Positions 28,084 through 37,874 of a stretch of 64,000 nucleotides of DNA are shown here, one piece after another. The position numbers and the translations under genes are program-made. This stretch comes from Armatimonadota bacterium (lineage in GTDB: Bacteria > Armatimonadota > Fimbriimonadia > Fimbriimonadales > Fimbriimonadaceae). Under the pieces are notes generated by a model. That model ran no database searches, was not told where the DNA came from, and saw nothing but the letters and a program-made list of their open reading frames with translations. The stretch spans positions 1-64,000 of the forward strand of contig JANNQV010000032.1 of NCBI GenBank assembly GCA_031400935.1, in the 5' to 3' direction. Each line of letters starts with the position of its first letter. Position 1 is the stretch's first letter.

Positions 28084-30627
28084 TTAGCGAATCGGCTGAA
28101 GCCAACACGGATCGAGCGCTCGTCCATTTTCGTCATGAACGTGATAAGATTTCACCCCGCACATTGTGCAAACCTCATTTGGATTCGTGAAGAAGAAGAA
28201 CGGATTCGGAGCGGGTGCTGCCGAAGCCGCTGGGGGATTCTTCAGAGCCATTTCGATCATGAGCGAAAGGTCTCGGAAGTTCGCACTCGTTGATGTATCA
28301 GTCGTTCGCCTCGCGGCCGTATCGAGCAAGATTTTCGTCTGCTTCAAATAGCTTGAAGCGAATCCGCGGATTTCGCCAGATGAGCCCATGCGTCCGATCA
28401 ATGTCGTCACATAACTTCGGTGCAGTCCGCGACGGAATACGTCTGCTTTTGGCGAACCCATGTTGGCCTCTTTCCAAACCTCGTACGAAATCGTATCGAG
28501 CATCGCCTTAACGGTATAGGCGTTTGCTCCATTCACTTGCTCGTTGAGAAGCATTCGGTTGATTCGAGCTTCGTTCCATAGGCCGCCCAGAACTCGACTC
28601 TGCATTCCCGAAACAGTTGACTTCCCTGCGTCTGATCCAAGTTTGTTCGTAACTGTCGCAGGTATTAGCCAAGTTGGAGTTTGGAAAGTTGAACTCAACA
28701 GCCAATCTACGGCTCTTCGCTGGTATTCGGCAGGAACGTTCTTATAGGGATCGCCACCGCGACCTCCGTGGTAGTCATTGAATTCAACGCCGCCAACTAC
28801 CGAAAGAACGTGTCCAAGATAGGTGCTAAATTGGCCAACAATACTGCCATGGGTTTCTGCAAGTTCCGAATAATCTTCACCTAATTTGACTGAAGCTGGA
28901 ATCAGGTAACCCATCATTCGCTTTAAATTTGCCGTGCCCAATCGAGATGCTTCAACATTATCAGAACCCAACGATTCGCTTAGAGATGTTGGGTCAGACG
29001 AACTAAAGTTATCGTAGAACCGAAGCTGAGGATCAGCGATTTGTCGGGCAGCCCAAGCATCCAACGTCGCTTTTTCGCCATGCGGCGTTGTGGCTGAGGG
29101 AATCGGTGTGTATCCCCACATGATCGCGTACTTGTCTTGCTTTCCAACTCCTGGAATCAGCCTCGTCACACCGTCTCCAGGCTGAGCAACATAGTTGAAC
29201 CGAGCGTAGTCCATGATGCTTGGGCACGATGCGTTAGCCGTCGTATAGGCAGGATTCCGAAGCGATGCTATGGAAACTGTCGAAGAGGCTTTTCCGTTGT
29301 GTGGAAGGCCCAACGTGTGCCCTACTTCGTGGGCAACGACAAACCGAACGAGTTCGCTCATGAGGTCGTCAGGAAACGGCAGTTTCTGAGCACGTGGATC
29401 ACATGCCGAGGATTGAGTGAAATACCAGGCAGTTTGCAGTTTCAGAATGTCATGCCACATGATGATATGGGCAGAAATGATTTCTCCGGAACGAGGGTCA
29501 ACGGTACTTGGCCCCATGGCATTTGCTATTGGAAGCGGCGCCCATCGGATGACAGAAAAACGAGCATCTTCGGGGCTCCATTCTGGATCGTCAGGTGCAT
29601 CGAGGCAACGAATGGCGTTCTTGAATCCCGCAGTCTCGTATGCTGCATTCCAATCTTCGATACCTTGCCTGCAGGCTTTCTTCCATCTTTCCGGAATCTC
29701 CGGTGCCAAATAATAGGTAATCGGCTTGACCGGTTCGCTCATTGCAGCATTTGGGTCTTTCTTTTCCAACCGATAACGATTGATGTACGAAAGGTCTTTG
29801 ACACCATGGTACGAGGTTCCATAGTCGCTGAAATTCGTATCAAAATAACCGACTCGGGAATCTTTCAAACGCCCCATCATCGGCACCGCAGGAAGCAAAG
29901 TGATACTGTGGCTTACAAGTCCGGTTCGACTGGGCGATGGTGCTGGGCCGCCAAAAGGAGAACGACCGGCAGGTGCTCCTCCGCTGCTTCGTACAGTCAT
30001 GAGTACGCTGATATTTATGTTTTCAGGGAACACCAAGATTTTTTCTAGGGAAGTTCGATTGGAGTCAATTGATCCTCCCAAAGTTCGCGAAGGGGAGAAT
30101 TCAGCAATGTCGTTGATAAAAAACCGAGAAACATCAATGAGCGGCGTGCCGTCTGCGGCTCGAGCTTTAATCGCAAAAGCCTCCATAACGGGGTTTACGT
30201 TGGACTGTTCTACGGCTCGGATGATCGCATTATCTGAGCCTGATGCCCGCGAATCGTAGCTGATTTTTCGAAGGAAAACTTTGGAAATTCGATCCTCAAA
30301 TCGGACAACCCCGTCGCCGAGCGCAGTGCCATTGTACATGCCCGAAGGCGTTGATTTGAGTTCCATAACCCAAAGGAAGTCACGGCCGAAGATGGGCCTG
30401 GGAATGCGAATCAAGACCGATTCCCCTTTCTGATAGACGTCGAAAACGCCTTCCTTTTTGTGGAATCCTTCGATGGCTTCGTCAAAAGGATTCTTCTGAA
30501 CTTTTGTTTCGGCTTCTTTTGCTGGCAGAGTTCCTTGTTTTGGCGGATCCTGTTTCGGTGGATCTTGCAATGGCGAGGTGAACGCCATCGTCGTCGCTGA
30601 CATCATTGCTAAGGTTGAAAATATCAT
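28084..30627 (-). CDS. Secreted zinc-dependent metalloprotease (DUF5117/DUF4953, EcxA-like)
   Basis: HEVGHTLGLPHN zincin motif, SIMDY Met-turn, DSRVGYF, DPRSGEII. Confidence 0.92.
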   Translation of the reverse strand: MIFSTLAMMSATTMAFTSPLQDPPKQDPPKQGTLPAKEAETKVQKNPFDEAIEGFHKKEGVFDVYQKGESVLIRIPRPIFGRDFLWVMELKSTPSGMYNGTALGDGVVRFEDRISKVFLRKISYDSRASGSDNAIIRAVEQSNVNPVMEAFAIKARAADGTPLIDVSRFFINDIAEFSPSRTLGGSIDSNRTSLEKILVFPENINISVLMTVRSSGGAPAGRSPFGGPAPSPSRTGLVSHSITLLPAVPMMGRLKDSRVGYFDTNFSDYGTSYHGVKDLSYINRYRLEKKDPNAAMSEPVKPITYYLAPEIPERWKKACRQGIEDWNAAYETAGFKNAIRCLDAPDDPEWSPEDARFSVIRWAPLPIANAMGPSTVDPRSGEIISAHIIMWHDILKLQTAWYFTQSSACDPRAQKLPFPDDLMSELVRFVVAHEVGHTLGLPHNGKASSTVSIASLRNPAYTTANASCPSIMDYARFNYVAQPGDGVTRLIPGVGKQDKYAIMWGYTPIPSATTPHGEKATLDAWAARQIADPQLRFYDNFSSSDPTSLSESLGSDNVEASRLGTANLKRMMGYLIPASVKLGEDYSELAETHGSIVGQFSTYLGHVLSVVGGVEFNDYHGGRGGDPYKNVPAEYQRRAVDWLLSSTFQTPTWLIPATVTNKLGSDAGKSTVSGMQSRVLGGLWNEARINRMLLNEQVNGANAYTVKAMLDTISYEVWKEANMGSPKADVFRRGLHRSYVTTLIGRMGSSGEIRGFASSYLKQTKILLDTAARRTTDTSTSANFRDLSLMIEMALKNPPAASAAPAPNPFFFFTNPNEVCTMCGVKSYHVHDENGRALDPCWLQPIR

Positions 30628-30832
30628 GGTTTTTCCCTGGAAACAGTTTAGTACTTATCGTTCAGGAATGCTAGTGCAAATCCACGCTGGAGTTCTCAAT
30701 TTTCGCCGGAATCCATTTTGCAGCTTGTCCGGCCCAAGCGGTGATTTGATGTCCGCCGAACTCATGATTAGACGCTCCTAGTCCTTCATCACAAAGATTT
30801 GAGTCGTTTCGCACTTCTGGTAACCTCGATCC

Positions 30833-31261
30833 ATGATCGCCGTGCTCCTCTTACTTTCAGTTCAAAATCAAACTGTAACCGACACGAAGACTGTACAACG
30901 GCTCGTCGCAAAGGTCATCGAAATTGGACAGAAACGAGCGATTGACAAGCATGTCGGCGCGTTTGTCAAACTAGAGGGCAAAGAAATTACTTGGCATTCA
31001 AAGTTCGATAGCGAACGGCAAGTTCAAGTTTTTCAGGCCACAAGGGTCACCAAAGTGATTTTCCTCGTTCCTGAGAAACCTTTCCCTGAATTCGGGAAAA
31101 CCTGGATTTATTGTCTGACGCCCAAAGGAAAGCTCGAAATGGCTGGCGTCGCCGAACCCCGACTGCCATTTGCGCCATTCACAAATGCGGCAGAGATCAC
31201 CAAAAACGCCATAGCCGAGGTCGCCTACTGGACAAAAGAGCTCGAAATCGGAAAATCCTAG
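30833..31261 (+). CDS. Hypothetical protein
   Basis: 142 aa, short hydrophobic N-terminus, TAACCT 6 nt before the ATG. Confidence 0.65.
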   Translation: MIAVLLLLSVQNQTVTDTKTVQRLVAKVIEIGQKRAIDKHVGAFVKLEGKEITWHSKFDSERQVQVFQATRVTKVIFLVPEKPFPEFGKTWIYCLTPKGKLEMAGVAEPRLPFAPFTNAAEITKNAIAEVAYWTKELEIGKS

Positions 31262-31791
31262 CGGATATCGCCTCTGTTGCCACCCTTATCGAGTGAAGCG
31301 TTCTTCCAATCGCCACGATTTCTAGAATTGTAATTGAGCGAGAAGGAATAAACAGTGTAGGTTGCGTTCGGTCCAAAAACGGCGGCAACGAACTGAGGAT
31401 CGTTGACGTTACCAGGGTTGGCGTTTGGGTTAAACACTCCGTTTCTGATTTTCATCCAGAACTGGCCCTGCATCTCGCCCCTGATTCCCGCTGGGATTTG
31501 CGGCGGATTTGGATTGCTGATTTCGCATCCGCCTGGGCTCGCACCCGCTCTGGTTATAAAAGTGCCCTGTTTGAATTGTTCGACAACATCATAAGAGCCG
31601 TCTTGATTGCGTCTTGTGTTCACTTTGTAAAAGCGATCAAATGTATCATCCGCCCACGAGTTTCCACAAGTGCCAGAATCAGGTGATCCGTTCGAGAATG
31701 GTCCGTATTCTCGAGTTCGCTGTCCAGTCAATCCGATCAGAATCGGAACGGCAACAATTGCTACTATCGCCAAGCAAGCTTTATTTCGCAT
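31258..31791 (-). CDS. Hypothetical secreted protein
   Basis: GGAGG RBS before ATG 31791, hydrophobic N-terminus, PDSGTCGNSWADD motif. Confidence 0.7.
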   Translation of the reverse strand: MRNKACLAIVAIVAVPILIGLTGQRTREYGPFSNGSPDSGTCGNSWADDTFDRFYKVNTRRNQDGSYDVVEQFKQGTFITRAGASPGGCEISNPNPPQIPAGIRGEMQGQFWMKIRNGVFNPNANPGNVNDPQFVAAVFGPNATYTVYSFSLNYNSRNRGDWKNASLDKGGNRGDIR

Positions 31792-31976
31792 AATGAATTC
31801 AACCTCCAAGGGGTATTTAGCCATCATACACGATTACCAGGACGGCTAGTCAATGATTGCTGTAAAGTAATGCTTCGATTTCCAGTTGCACGCCACATTG
31901 CAATATGTTGCGGGCGAGCGAGCATGTACCCGCCTTCCTTGGGCTGCAGGGTGAATGCCAAGCCATAATCAGATGT

Positions 31977-32366
31977 ATGGAACTGTGGAAAAGTGCAGCA
32001 ATCGTTGGTGTCGGTGGGTTCTTTGGGTCTACGTTTCGATTTCTCGCAGGGCAAATCATTCCAGCGAATCCGAATGGTGGGTTTCCTATTGCCACGTTTC
32101 TCGTAAACGTAGTTGGCTCTTTTGCAATTGGAATCGTAATCAGCCTGGCGATAGGGCAAACGATTTCACCAAATTGGCGACTCTTTCTTGCGGTTGGAGT
32201 TTTGGGCGGGTTCACTACTTATTCCGCGTTTGCTGTTGAGACCGTGAAAATGATCAATGATAAGGCATTTTTCCAAGCTGGAGCTTATTTTTTGGGGACT
32301 GGAATTGTAGCGATTCTAGCTTGCTTTTTAGGAATGGCAGTTTCGCAGTCCTTTTTGCGAAATTAA
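31977..32366 (+). CDS. crcB: Fluoride efflux channel Fluc/CrcB
   Basis: GGFFGSTFRF, FPIATFLVNVVGSF, GVLGGFTTYSAF. Confidence 0.95.
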   Translation: MELWKSAAIVGVGGFFGSTFRFLAGQIIPANPNGGFPIATFLVNVVGSFAIGIVISLAIGQTISPNWRLFLAVGVLGGFTTYSAFAVETVKMINDKAFFQAGAYFLGTGIVAILACFLGMAVSQSFLRN

Positions 32367-32367
32367 G

Positions 32368-32802
32368 CTATATAATCCGCTTCAGCAAGTTCATTTGCCC
32401 ACAATGATAGGCGCCATGAACGGCGATTTGAACAAGAGTTTGGATGGCTTCTTGGTCACTATTAGATTGATGAGAGAATGGTTCAGAGGCTGCCATTTCT
32501 CGGGCTTGTTTGAGTCCCTCTAGAAACCGAGTTCGTAGGCCTTTCCATTCTCTTGATTCCGGAATTCGAAAGTCGTTTTTCCATTCTATCATGTTGGAAT
32601 TCTTTCTACCGCCGCTTAGCTTTTGAATCCAAAAATCTTGCCAAAGAACGGCATGGGCAAGATTTGTTAGAAGAGAATACGGCGCATCGGGGTGTTTGAT
32701 TGCAGCATTTTCTACTTTCACACGTAACATTCCGGCAGGGGTTGGGATGTCCCAACCTTCTAGGATTTGGTCAAAAACCTGGACAAGAATTTCTCGATTC
32801 AT
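32368..32802 (-). CDS. DinB/YfiT family protein
   Basis: NLAHAVLWQ and HGAYHCGQM His motifs. Start probably ATG 32802. Confidence 0.8.
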   Translation of the reverse strand: MNREILVQVFDQILEGWDIPTPAGMLRVKVENAAIKHPDAPYSLLTNLAHAVLWQDFWIQKLSGGRKNSNMIEWKNDFRIPESREWKGLRTRFLEGLKQAREMAASEPFSHQSNSDQEAIQTLVQIAVHGAYHCGQMNLLKRII

Positions 32803-32952
32803 ATTGACTCGGGGGCTAAGTTCCAGTTTGTGGAACGAAGTCAAATTGTATCGAAGGAGGTTCGCTTTGCATTGGTGCAATCCAAAAGAAATAGGTTGTG
32901 ACAAGAATTAGTGCTAGTGGAATTACCCATTTTATCCAGTTCGATTTCATGC

Positions 32953-33657
32953 TTACTTTTCTGCCCCTGGTTTAGGCAATGCCAATTCTTGAATAAGCTT
33001 GAATCGTTCAGTGTTTCCTCCAATCAAGCGTGATTTTGGCGTTCGCCACTTCCCATCAATCACGGAGTAAGAGTTTCCTGTAACCCGAATAGAGAATTCG
33101 CCTTCGCAGATGAGAGGTTCATTCGAATCTAGCTCCTTTACAATCGAAGATAGATGAAAAACAGTTGAATCACCAAGTTTTTCACTCCTTTCATTTTGAA
33201 AACGGAAATGTATTGCCGGTAAATGATTGATTGGATTTCCAGATACATTGACTTGCCAAAAAGTATTTGGCTCGATTCGCGTTCCTACTGGCAAAAACCA
33301 ACGTAGCCTTTCAATTCGAAACTCTTCAACTTGAAAGTGCTTCAATGAATCGGCGTTGAATGCTCCATTGGGTTCCAATCCCCATTTGGTTATGATTGGG
33401 GCAGGCTTGATCGGATCATCAAGGCGAATATCTCCAATCATCCAGCCTGCAAGCCACCGTTTTTCGGTCAAGAAGGGCTTGCCATTTTCCATCGCGAATA
33501 TTCGTTCCACTCGAAACTCATGCTGCTCCGCTCTTGAACCATCGTCAAGTTCATAGAATGTCTGGGTCAGAAACAGTTCTTGTTGAGCTACCGGAACAAG
33601 GTAAGCGGGCAAGGTCTGCTGAGTTCCAACCAATGCAAAAAGCGTAGCGACAAACAT
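32953..33657 (-). CDS. Hypothetical secreted protein
   Basis: 234 aa, 3 nt downstream of the preceding gene in the pyk operon. Confidence 0.65.
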   Translation of the reverse strand: MFVATLFALVGTQQTLPAYLVPVAQQELFLTQTFYELDDGSRAEQHEFRVERIFAMENGKPFLTEKRWLAGWMIGDIRLDDPIKPAPIITKWGLEPNGAFNADSLKHFQVEEFRIERLRWFLPVGTRIEPNTFWQVNVSGNPINHLPAIHFRFQNERSEKLGDSTVFHLSSIVKELDSNEPLICEGEFSIRVTGNSYSVIDGKWRTPKSRLIGGNTERFKLIQELALPKPGAEK

Positions 33658-33660
33658 CAG

Positions 33661-33930
33661 TTAGTTCTCACCAACGGGCTTTTCGCCAGGGCGATGATAG
33701 TTGTTCTTTCTGGCAAGCTCTTCGGACCCAAGCGAGCTTTCGGCACGAGCTTTCTGGCGAATCAATTCTTCGCTTCTCTTTTCAGCCGCTTTCATATCCC
33801 TTACGAGATCATCCCGCACTTCCTTCTGATCGGTATATGCCCGCCAGGGTTTCAAGCTAAATCCCACGCCGACTGCAAGTGCAACTACAACAAACGTAAT
33901 TTCAAGTCCGATGTTTTTTCGCTTTCGCAT
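33661..33930 (-). CDS. Septum-formation initiator (FtsB/FtsL/DivIC)-like protein
   Basis: Basic N-terminus, one TM, coiled coil, EELARKNNYHRPGE motif. Confidence 0.7.
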   Translation of the reverse strand: MRKRKNIGLEITFVVVALAVGVGFSLKPWRAYTDQKEVRDDLVRDMKAAEKRSEELIRQKARAESSLGSEELARKNNYHRPGEKPVGEN

Positions 33931-35335
33931 GAACTACCTCATTTAGGATCAGGTTAGTGTGACCGGGTGAACCTGCCGGAATCCCTGCCGTAATAATGAC
34001 TCGATCTCCTTCCTTCAGACGCTTATGAGCGACGAATCCTTCCATCGCCTTTGAAACTATCTCATCAGTCATGCTTGGAAGTCCAATATGAATTGCCTCA
34101 ACTCCCCAAACAGCCGCGAGCTGCCGATACGTTTTATGATCCCAAGTGGCGGCTAAAATCGGAACACGCGGACGATATTTGCTGACAAGCCTTGCTGTTT
34201 GGCCAGAAGTGGTTGTAGTTATGATTGCTTTTGGCTTTGTCAATTCTGCCAATCGAGCAACCGCTGCAGCTATGGCTTCCGTTGGATGACCGTTTTTCGA
34301 AGCGCGGCTTTCCATGTGATCAAGCCAAGCCTCGTGTTCGAAGATGGATTCTGCTTCGGCAGCGCACCTAGACATTGTTTTGCAAGCTTCTATCGGATAA
34401 ATTCCACTGGCGGTTTCTCCGCTAAGCATTACTGCATCCGTTCCATCGAGAATTGCGTTCGCAACATCGGCGGCTTCGGCTCGAGTTGGGCGAGGTGCCG
34501 AGCACATGGATTCCAGCATTTGCGTTGCGGTTATGACAGGTTTTCCCGCTTCGTTGGCTTTCGCGATGATGCGCTTTTGAGCAATAGGCACTTCTTCGAT
34601 GTCCATTTGGAGCCCGAGGTCGCCTCTTGCAACCATCACAATGTCTGATTCTTTCAGAATTCCGTCAAGGTCTTTGATTGCTTGCCGAGTTTCGATTTTC
34701 GCGCACAATCGAATATCTGGGCGATATTGGTTGACGAGATTTCGCAATTCGCGCATGTCCTCGTCGTGCTTTACATAGCTTAAAGCAATATATTCGACAT
34801 CGTACTTGCAGGCTTCTATCACATCCGCGCGGTCCTTGTCGGTCATAGCTGGCGTGTCGAAAATCTTGTTCATCAAAGTGAAGCCTTGCCGGCTTTTCAC
34901 AATTCCCGAACTCATGACTTTGGCTTGAAACAGAGAGCCCTTTTTGGTTCCCAATTTGAGTTCGACAATGCCATCGCCAAGCAGAACCCTGGAACCTGGC
35001 TCAAGCACTGCCACCATTTCGGGCTGATGAACAGGGATGATCGCAGTCAATTCGTCTCCAACTGTTATGGTTGCGCCCATATCTAGATGAAGTGATCCGC
35101 CAGAGACGTTGCCGATCCGGAATTTCGGACCCTGCAGGTCGGCGAGGATTGCGATGGGAGCTATGTCGGGCGACAGTTCGCGGATCCATTTGATCCATTT
35201 GCTCTTCGTTTCCCAATCGCCGTGGCTGCAATTAAGCCTAGCGACATTCATTCCTGCTGCAATGAGTTCGCCAATTTGCTCCTTTGAATCTACAGATGGG
35301 CCAAGCGTGCAAACAATTTTGGTGCGTCGTTTCAT
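33902..35335 (-). CDS. pyk: Pyruvate kinase
   Basis: RRTKIVCTLGP, DLQGPK, AKIE, MVARGDLG, TATQMLESM, DAVMLSGETA. Confidence 0.99.
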   Translation of the reverse strand: MKRRTKIVCTLGPSVDSKEQIGELIAAGMNVARLNCSHGDWETKSKWIKWIRELSPDIAPIAILADLQGPKFRIGNVSGGSLHLDMGATITVGDELTAIIPVHQPEMVAVLEPGSRVLLGDGIVELKLGTKKGSLFQAKVMSSGIVKSRQGFTLMNKIFDTPAMTDKDRADVIEACKYDVEYIALSYVKHDEDMRELRNLVNQYRPDIRLCAKIETRQAIKDLDGILKESDIVMVARGDLGLQMDIEEVPIAQKRIIAKANEAGKPVITATQMLESMCSAPRPTRAEAADVANAILDGTDAVMLSGETASGIYPIEACKTMSRCAAEAESIFEHEAWLDHMESRASKNGHPTEAIAAAVARLAELTKPKAIITTTTSGQTARLVSKYRPRVPILAATWDHKTYRQLAAVWGVEAIHIGLPSMTDEIVSKAMEGFVAHKRLKEGDRVIITAGIPAGSPGHTNLILNEVVHAKAKKHRT

Positions 35336-35503
35336 AGGGAACTAGAGAAGGGACGGAAAAGAGAGTCCGTTTGAAGCTACTTTGGCAGTGCGCGGGCTCG
35401 ACCGCTCTTTTCTTCGAATACGGATAATGAAAAACGGATAATGCCGAATTCCGTTTTGTCCCTTATCCTTTATCCCTTGTCCATCTTCCAATCAAAAGCG
35501 CGG

Positions 35504-37810
35504 TCAAGCCCGCGCACTCCCAAAGTCCAATTCCTCTAACAATGTCGCAACCATGTACGATCCAGCCGGGTTGTTTTTCAGACCCCACGGACAGATTCCC
35601 AGTCCCCCAAACGGACGAATTGTTGTCACGATGAACTTAGATTTTCCGTTGTCGAACTCCATCGCGTAAGGGTGCTCGGCGTAGGTGCGAGTATCAATTC
35701 GGTTGAGGAGCACGGTTCCATTCATTCCGAGTTCGGCCTCTAGTGCTTCGCGGTCGAGGGCACGATCAGTGGAAACAGGAAGGATTTGGTGCCAATTGTA
35801 GTCTTCAAAAGGCTTCAGCCATGGACGTGGGTTGGGGACTTCGTGGATGCACTCCCTCCAAAAGGGCATTGGGATTGTGAAGTCATCGAGGGCAAAGAGG
35901 ACGACGTGGTTTCCCTCGTTCCGATTCGCAAACAATTTTTGATTCGCCCTGGTTGTTATGAGGTTAGCCCCAATTCCTCTAATAGTGCCCGAAAAAAACT
36001 GGTGCTGATCGTCAATTCTCCAATTTTCAAAGTGGCCCCAATCAACCTCTTCAACTACGTGTAAATATATGTATGGTACTGGAGGCGGTTGTGGTTGATC
36101 AGGTGCAATCCAATAGATACCAGGTGCGTTCAATTCCAACTCAAATTCAATGCAATTACCTGAAATCCAGGGTTCCGCGTTGCGAATCAAATCAAGGTGC
36201 CTTCCTCCTTCATGAAGATGCGTAAGGGACCAATTGTCGATGTTTTTGTGAACATCGCTCGCTGAGCTCGCGCGTAGAAGAATTTTGCCGCAAAAGAAAT
36301 TACTCTCATCCTGCCATCCAGGTCGATTCCCTCCATTTACCCATGGAGGACGCCGCAAAGGAACTTGAAAGTCTTCATTGCTCGGCAAGATAAGCAAGCT
36401 TTTTTGTCGACCCCAGGGATCAATGAAACCAGAAGACGAAATCGGCGTATCCGCCCAACCAGTGACCACGTAGCCAGCTATGTCTTCATAGTTTAGTGCC
36501 CAATCGTGAAATTTTGACCTTTGAAAACTCGACTTAGATTCTGAAGTTAGTTCAAAATCCAAACAGTCAATTGTGTCGGGCTCCAACGCAAACCGACTCT
36601 CTTCAATCACTCTCGGTAGATCATGCTGCCAACGGACGCCAACATCATTCAGTGCAGGATCGCTCGAAGCCCAATATGGCCGCTCTTTTCGAATCCTCGC
36701 TAAATCCCGATGCGTGTCGTAATCGCAAGTCTCGCCAAGCAAGATCGGCTTCTTCTCTCGAGGGCCGTTTTGCAGCGATTCGAGCACGGGCAGGAAAAAT
36801 TGTAGGTCGCAATAGGGGTGGTAGTCATAGAAAGCGCCGTACTCCCTCGGGTCGCCGCCGTACATCTCCGAGCCGCCCGAATTGTCCTTCACCATCGGGT
36901 TTCCGGTTAGTTCATCGACCATCTCGTACAGCGACTTTCGATATTCGTGCGGAGTTGCTTCTGAAAGCTCACAGCCGCATGTCCAGAGAAGGATGTTCGG
37001 GTGATGCCGGTACTGAAGTACGATTCTCTCTAGCTCATTTTTCATCTGATCGAGCTTTGCAGAATCTCCCGTCGGATCCCAGAGAGGAAGCTCGATCCAC
37101 GCAGCAAGCCCAGCCTTCTCCATCTCGTCCAAGTACTCGTGAGAGGGCAGCCATAGGCAAAATTTGATAAGGTTAAAGCCTATTGACCTAGCGATTTCGA
37201 TTTCTTTACGGATGGTTTCAATGTCCGGATTGGTATGTCCGATTTCGGGGTACCAACCCCATGTCAACACTCCTCGAACGAAGAACGGCTTGTCGTTCAC
37301 AAGGAGCTTGGTTCCTTCCGCTCGAATGCGACACTTCTCAAGTTTCTTTCCGTTCAGATTGGGTTCACCATTTGAGGACAGTATTCGGACGGGTTTGTAA
37401 ATGCCTCCAAAAGTGTTGAAGACATACGGCAAGAATCCACTCAGAACGTCTTTGACTGGGAACGACGCGCCGCCGCTTTTGATGACTTCGACTCGAATTT
37501 CAACTTCCTGGCCAGAGTAATTGCGAATGTCAATGGCAAAAGCATCCCAAATCCCACGATGCTCGCCAACCGTTTCTTCGTTCACAAAAACTCGGGTTTG
37601 GTAGGAAACGCCTTCGAAAATCAGCCAAGCGCTCAAGGGCAATTTCGCTTTAGTTCTGTAAACTGCTGGGCCCTCCCAGCGGACATCAACTTCTTGTCGC
37701 CAGGCGTGTGGAATTTCCACTGCTCTTGGTGCAGTCGCGCCTTCGGGCAGGCAGTATTCAACCGTCCAACTTGTGAGTTCAATTGCTTTGTCAGAGTCGA
37801 AGGAGGGCAC
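35504..37810 (-). CDS. Glycoside hydrolase, GH2-like
   Basis: FEGVSY…VGEHRGIWDAF sugar-binding domain, GFNLIK, HHPNILLWTCGCE acid/base region, PILLGE. Confidence 0.8.
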   Translation of the reverse strand: MPSFDSDKAIELTSWTVEYCLPEGATAPRAVEIPHAWRQEVDVRWEGPAVYRTKAKLPLSAWLIFEGVSYQTRVFVNEETVGEHRGIWDAFAIDIRNYSGQEVEIRVEVIKSGGASFPVKDVLSGFLPYVFNTFGGIYKPVRILSSNGEPNLNGKKLEKCRIRAEGTKLLVNDKPFFVRGVLTWGWYPEIGHTNPDIETIRKEIEIARSIGFNLIKFCLWLPSHEYLDEMEKAGLAAWIELPLWDPTGDSAKLDQMKNELERIVLQYRHHPNILLWTCGCELSEATPHEYRKSLYEMVDELTGNPMVKDNSGGSEMYGGDPREYGAFYDYHPYCDLQFFLPVLESLQNGPREKKPILLGETCDYDTHRDLARIRKERPYWASSDPALNDVGVRWQHDLPRVIEESRFALEPDTIDCLDFELTSESKSSFQRSKFHDWALNYEDIAGYVVTGWADTPISSSGFIDPWGRQKSLLILPSNEDFQVPLRRPPWVNGGNRPGWQDESNFFCGKILLRASSASDVHKNIDNWSLTHLHEGGRHLDLIRNAEPWISGNCIEFELELNAPGIYWIAPDQPQPPPVPYIYLHVVEEVDWGHFENWRIDDQHQFFSGTIRGIGANLITTRANQKLFANRNEGNHVVLFALDDFTIPMPFWRECIHEVPNPRPWLKPFEDYNWHQILPVSTDRALDREALEAELGMNGTVLLNRIDTRTYAEHPYAMEFDNGKSKFIVTTIRPFGGLGICPWGLKNNPAGSYMVATLLEELDFGSARA

Positions 37811-37832
37811 AGTAGAATCTACCTTAGCCTAG

Positions 37833-37874
37833 CCCTCTCACCCCAGCCCCTCGCTTCCTAACGGGAGAAAGGGG
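37833..37874. repeat. CCCTCTCACCCC…GGGAGAAAGGGG palindromic element
   Basis: Family member, with related copies at 28038-28077, 61663-61709 and 61792-61860. Confidence 0.6.

Noticed and set aside
31830..31976. Fluoride riboswitch upstream of crcB
   Set aside because: No GGCGATGGnGTTCGCC-like core is visible, and crcB appears leaderless.
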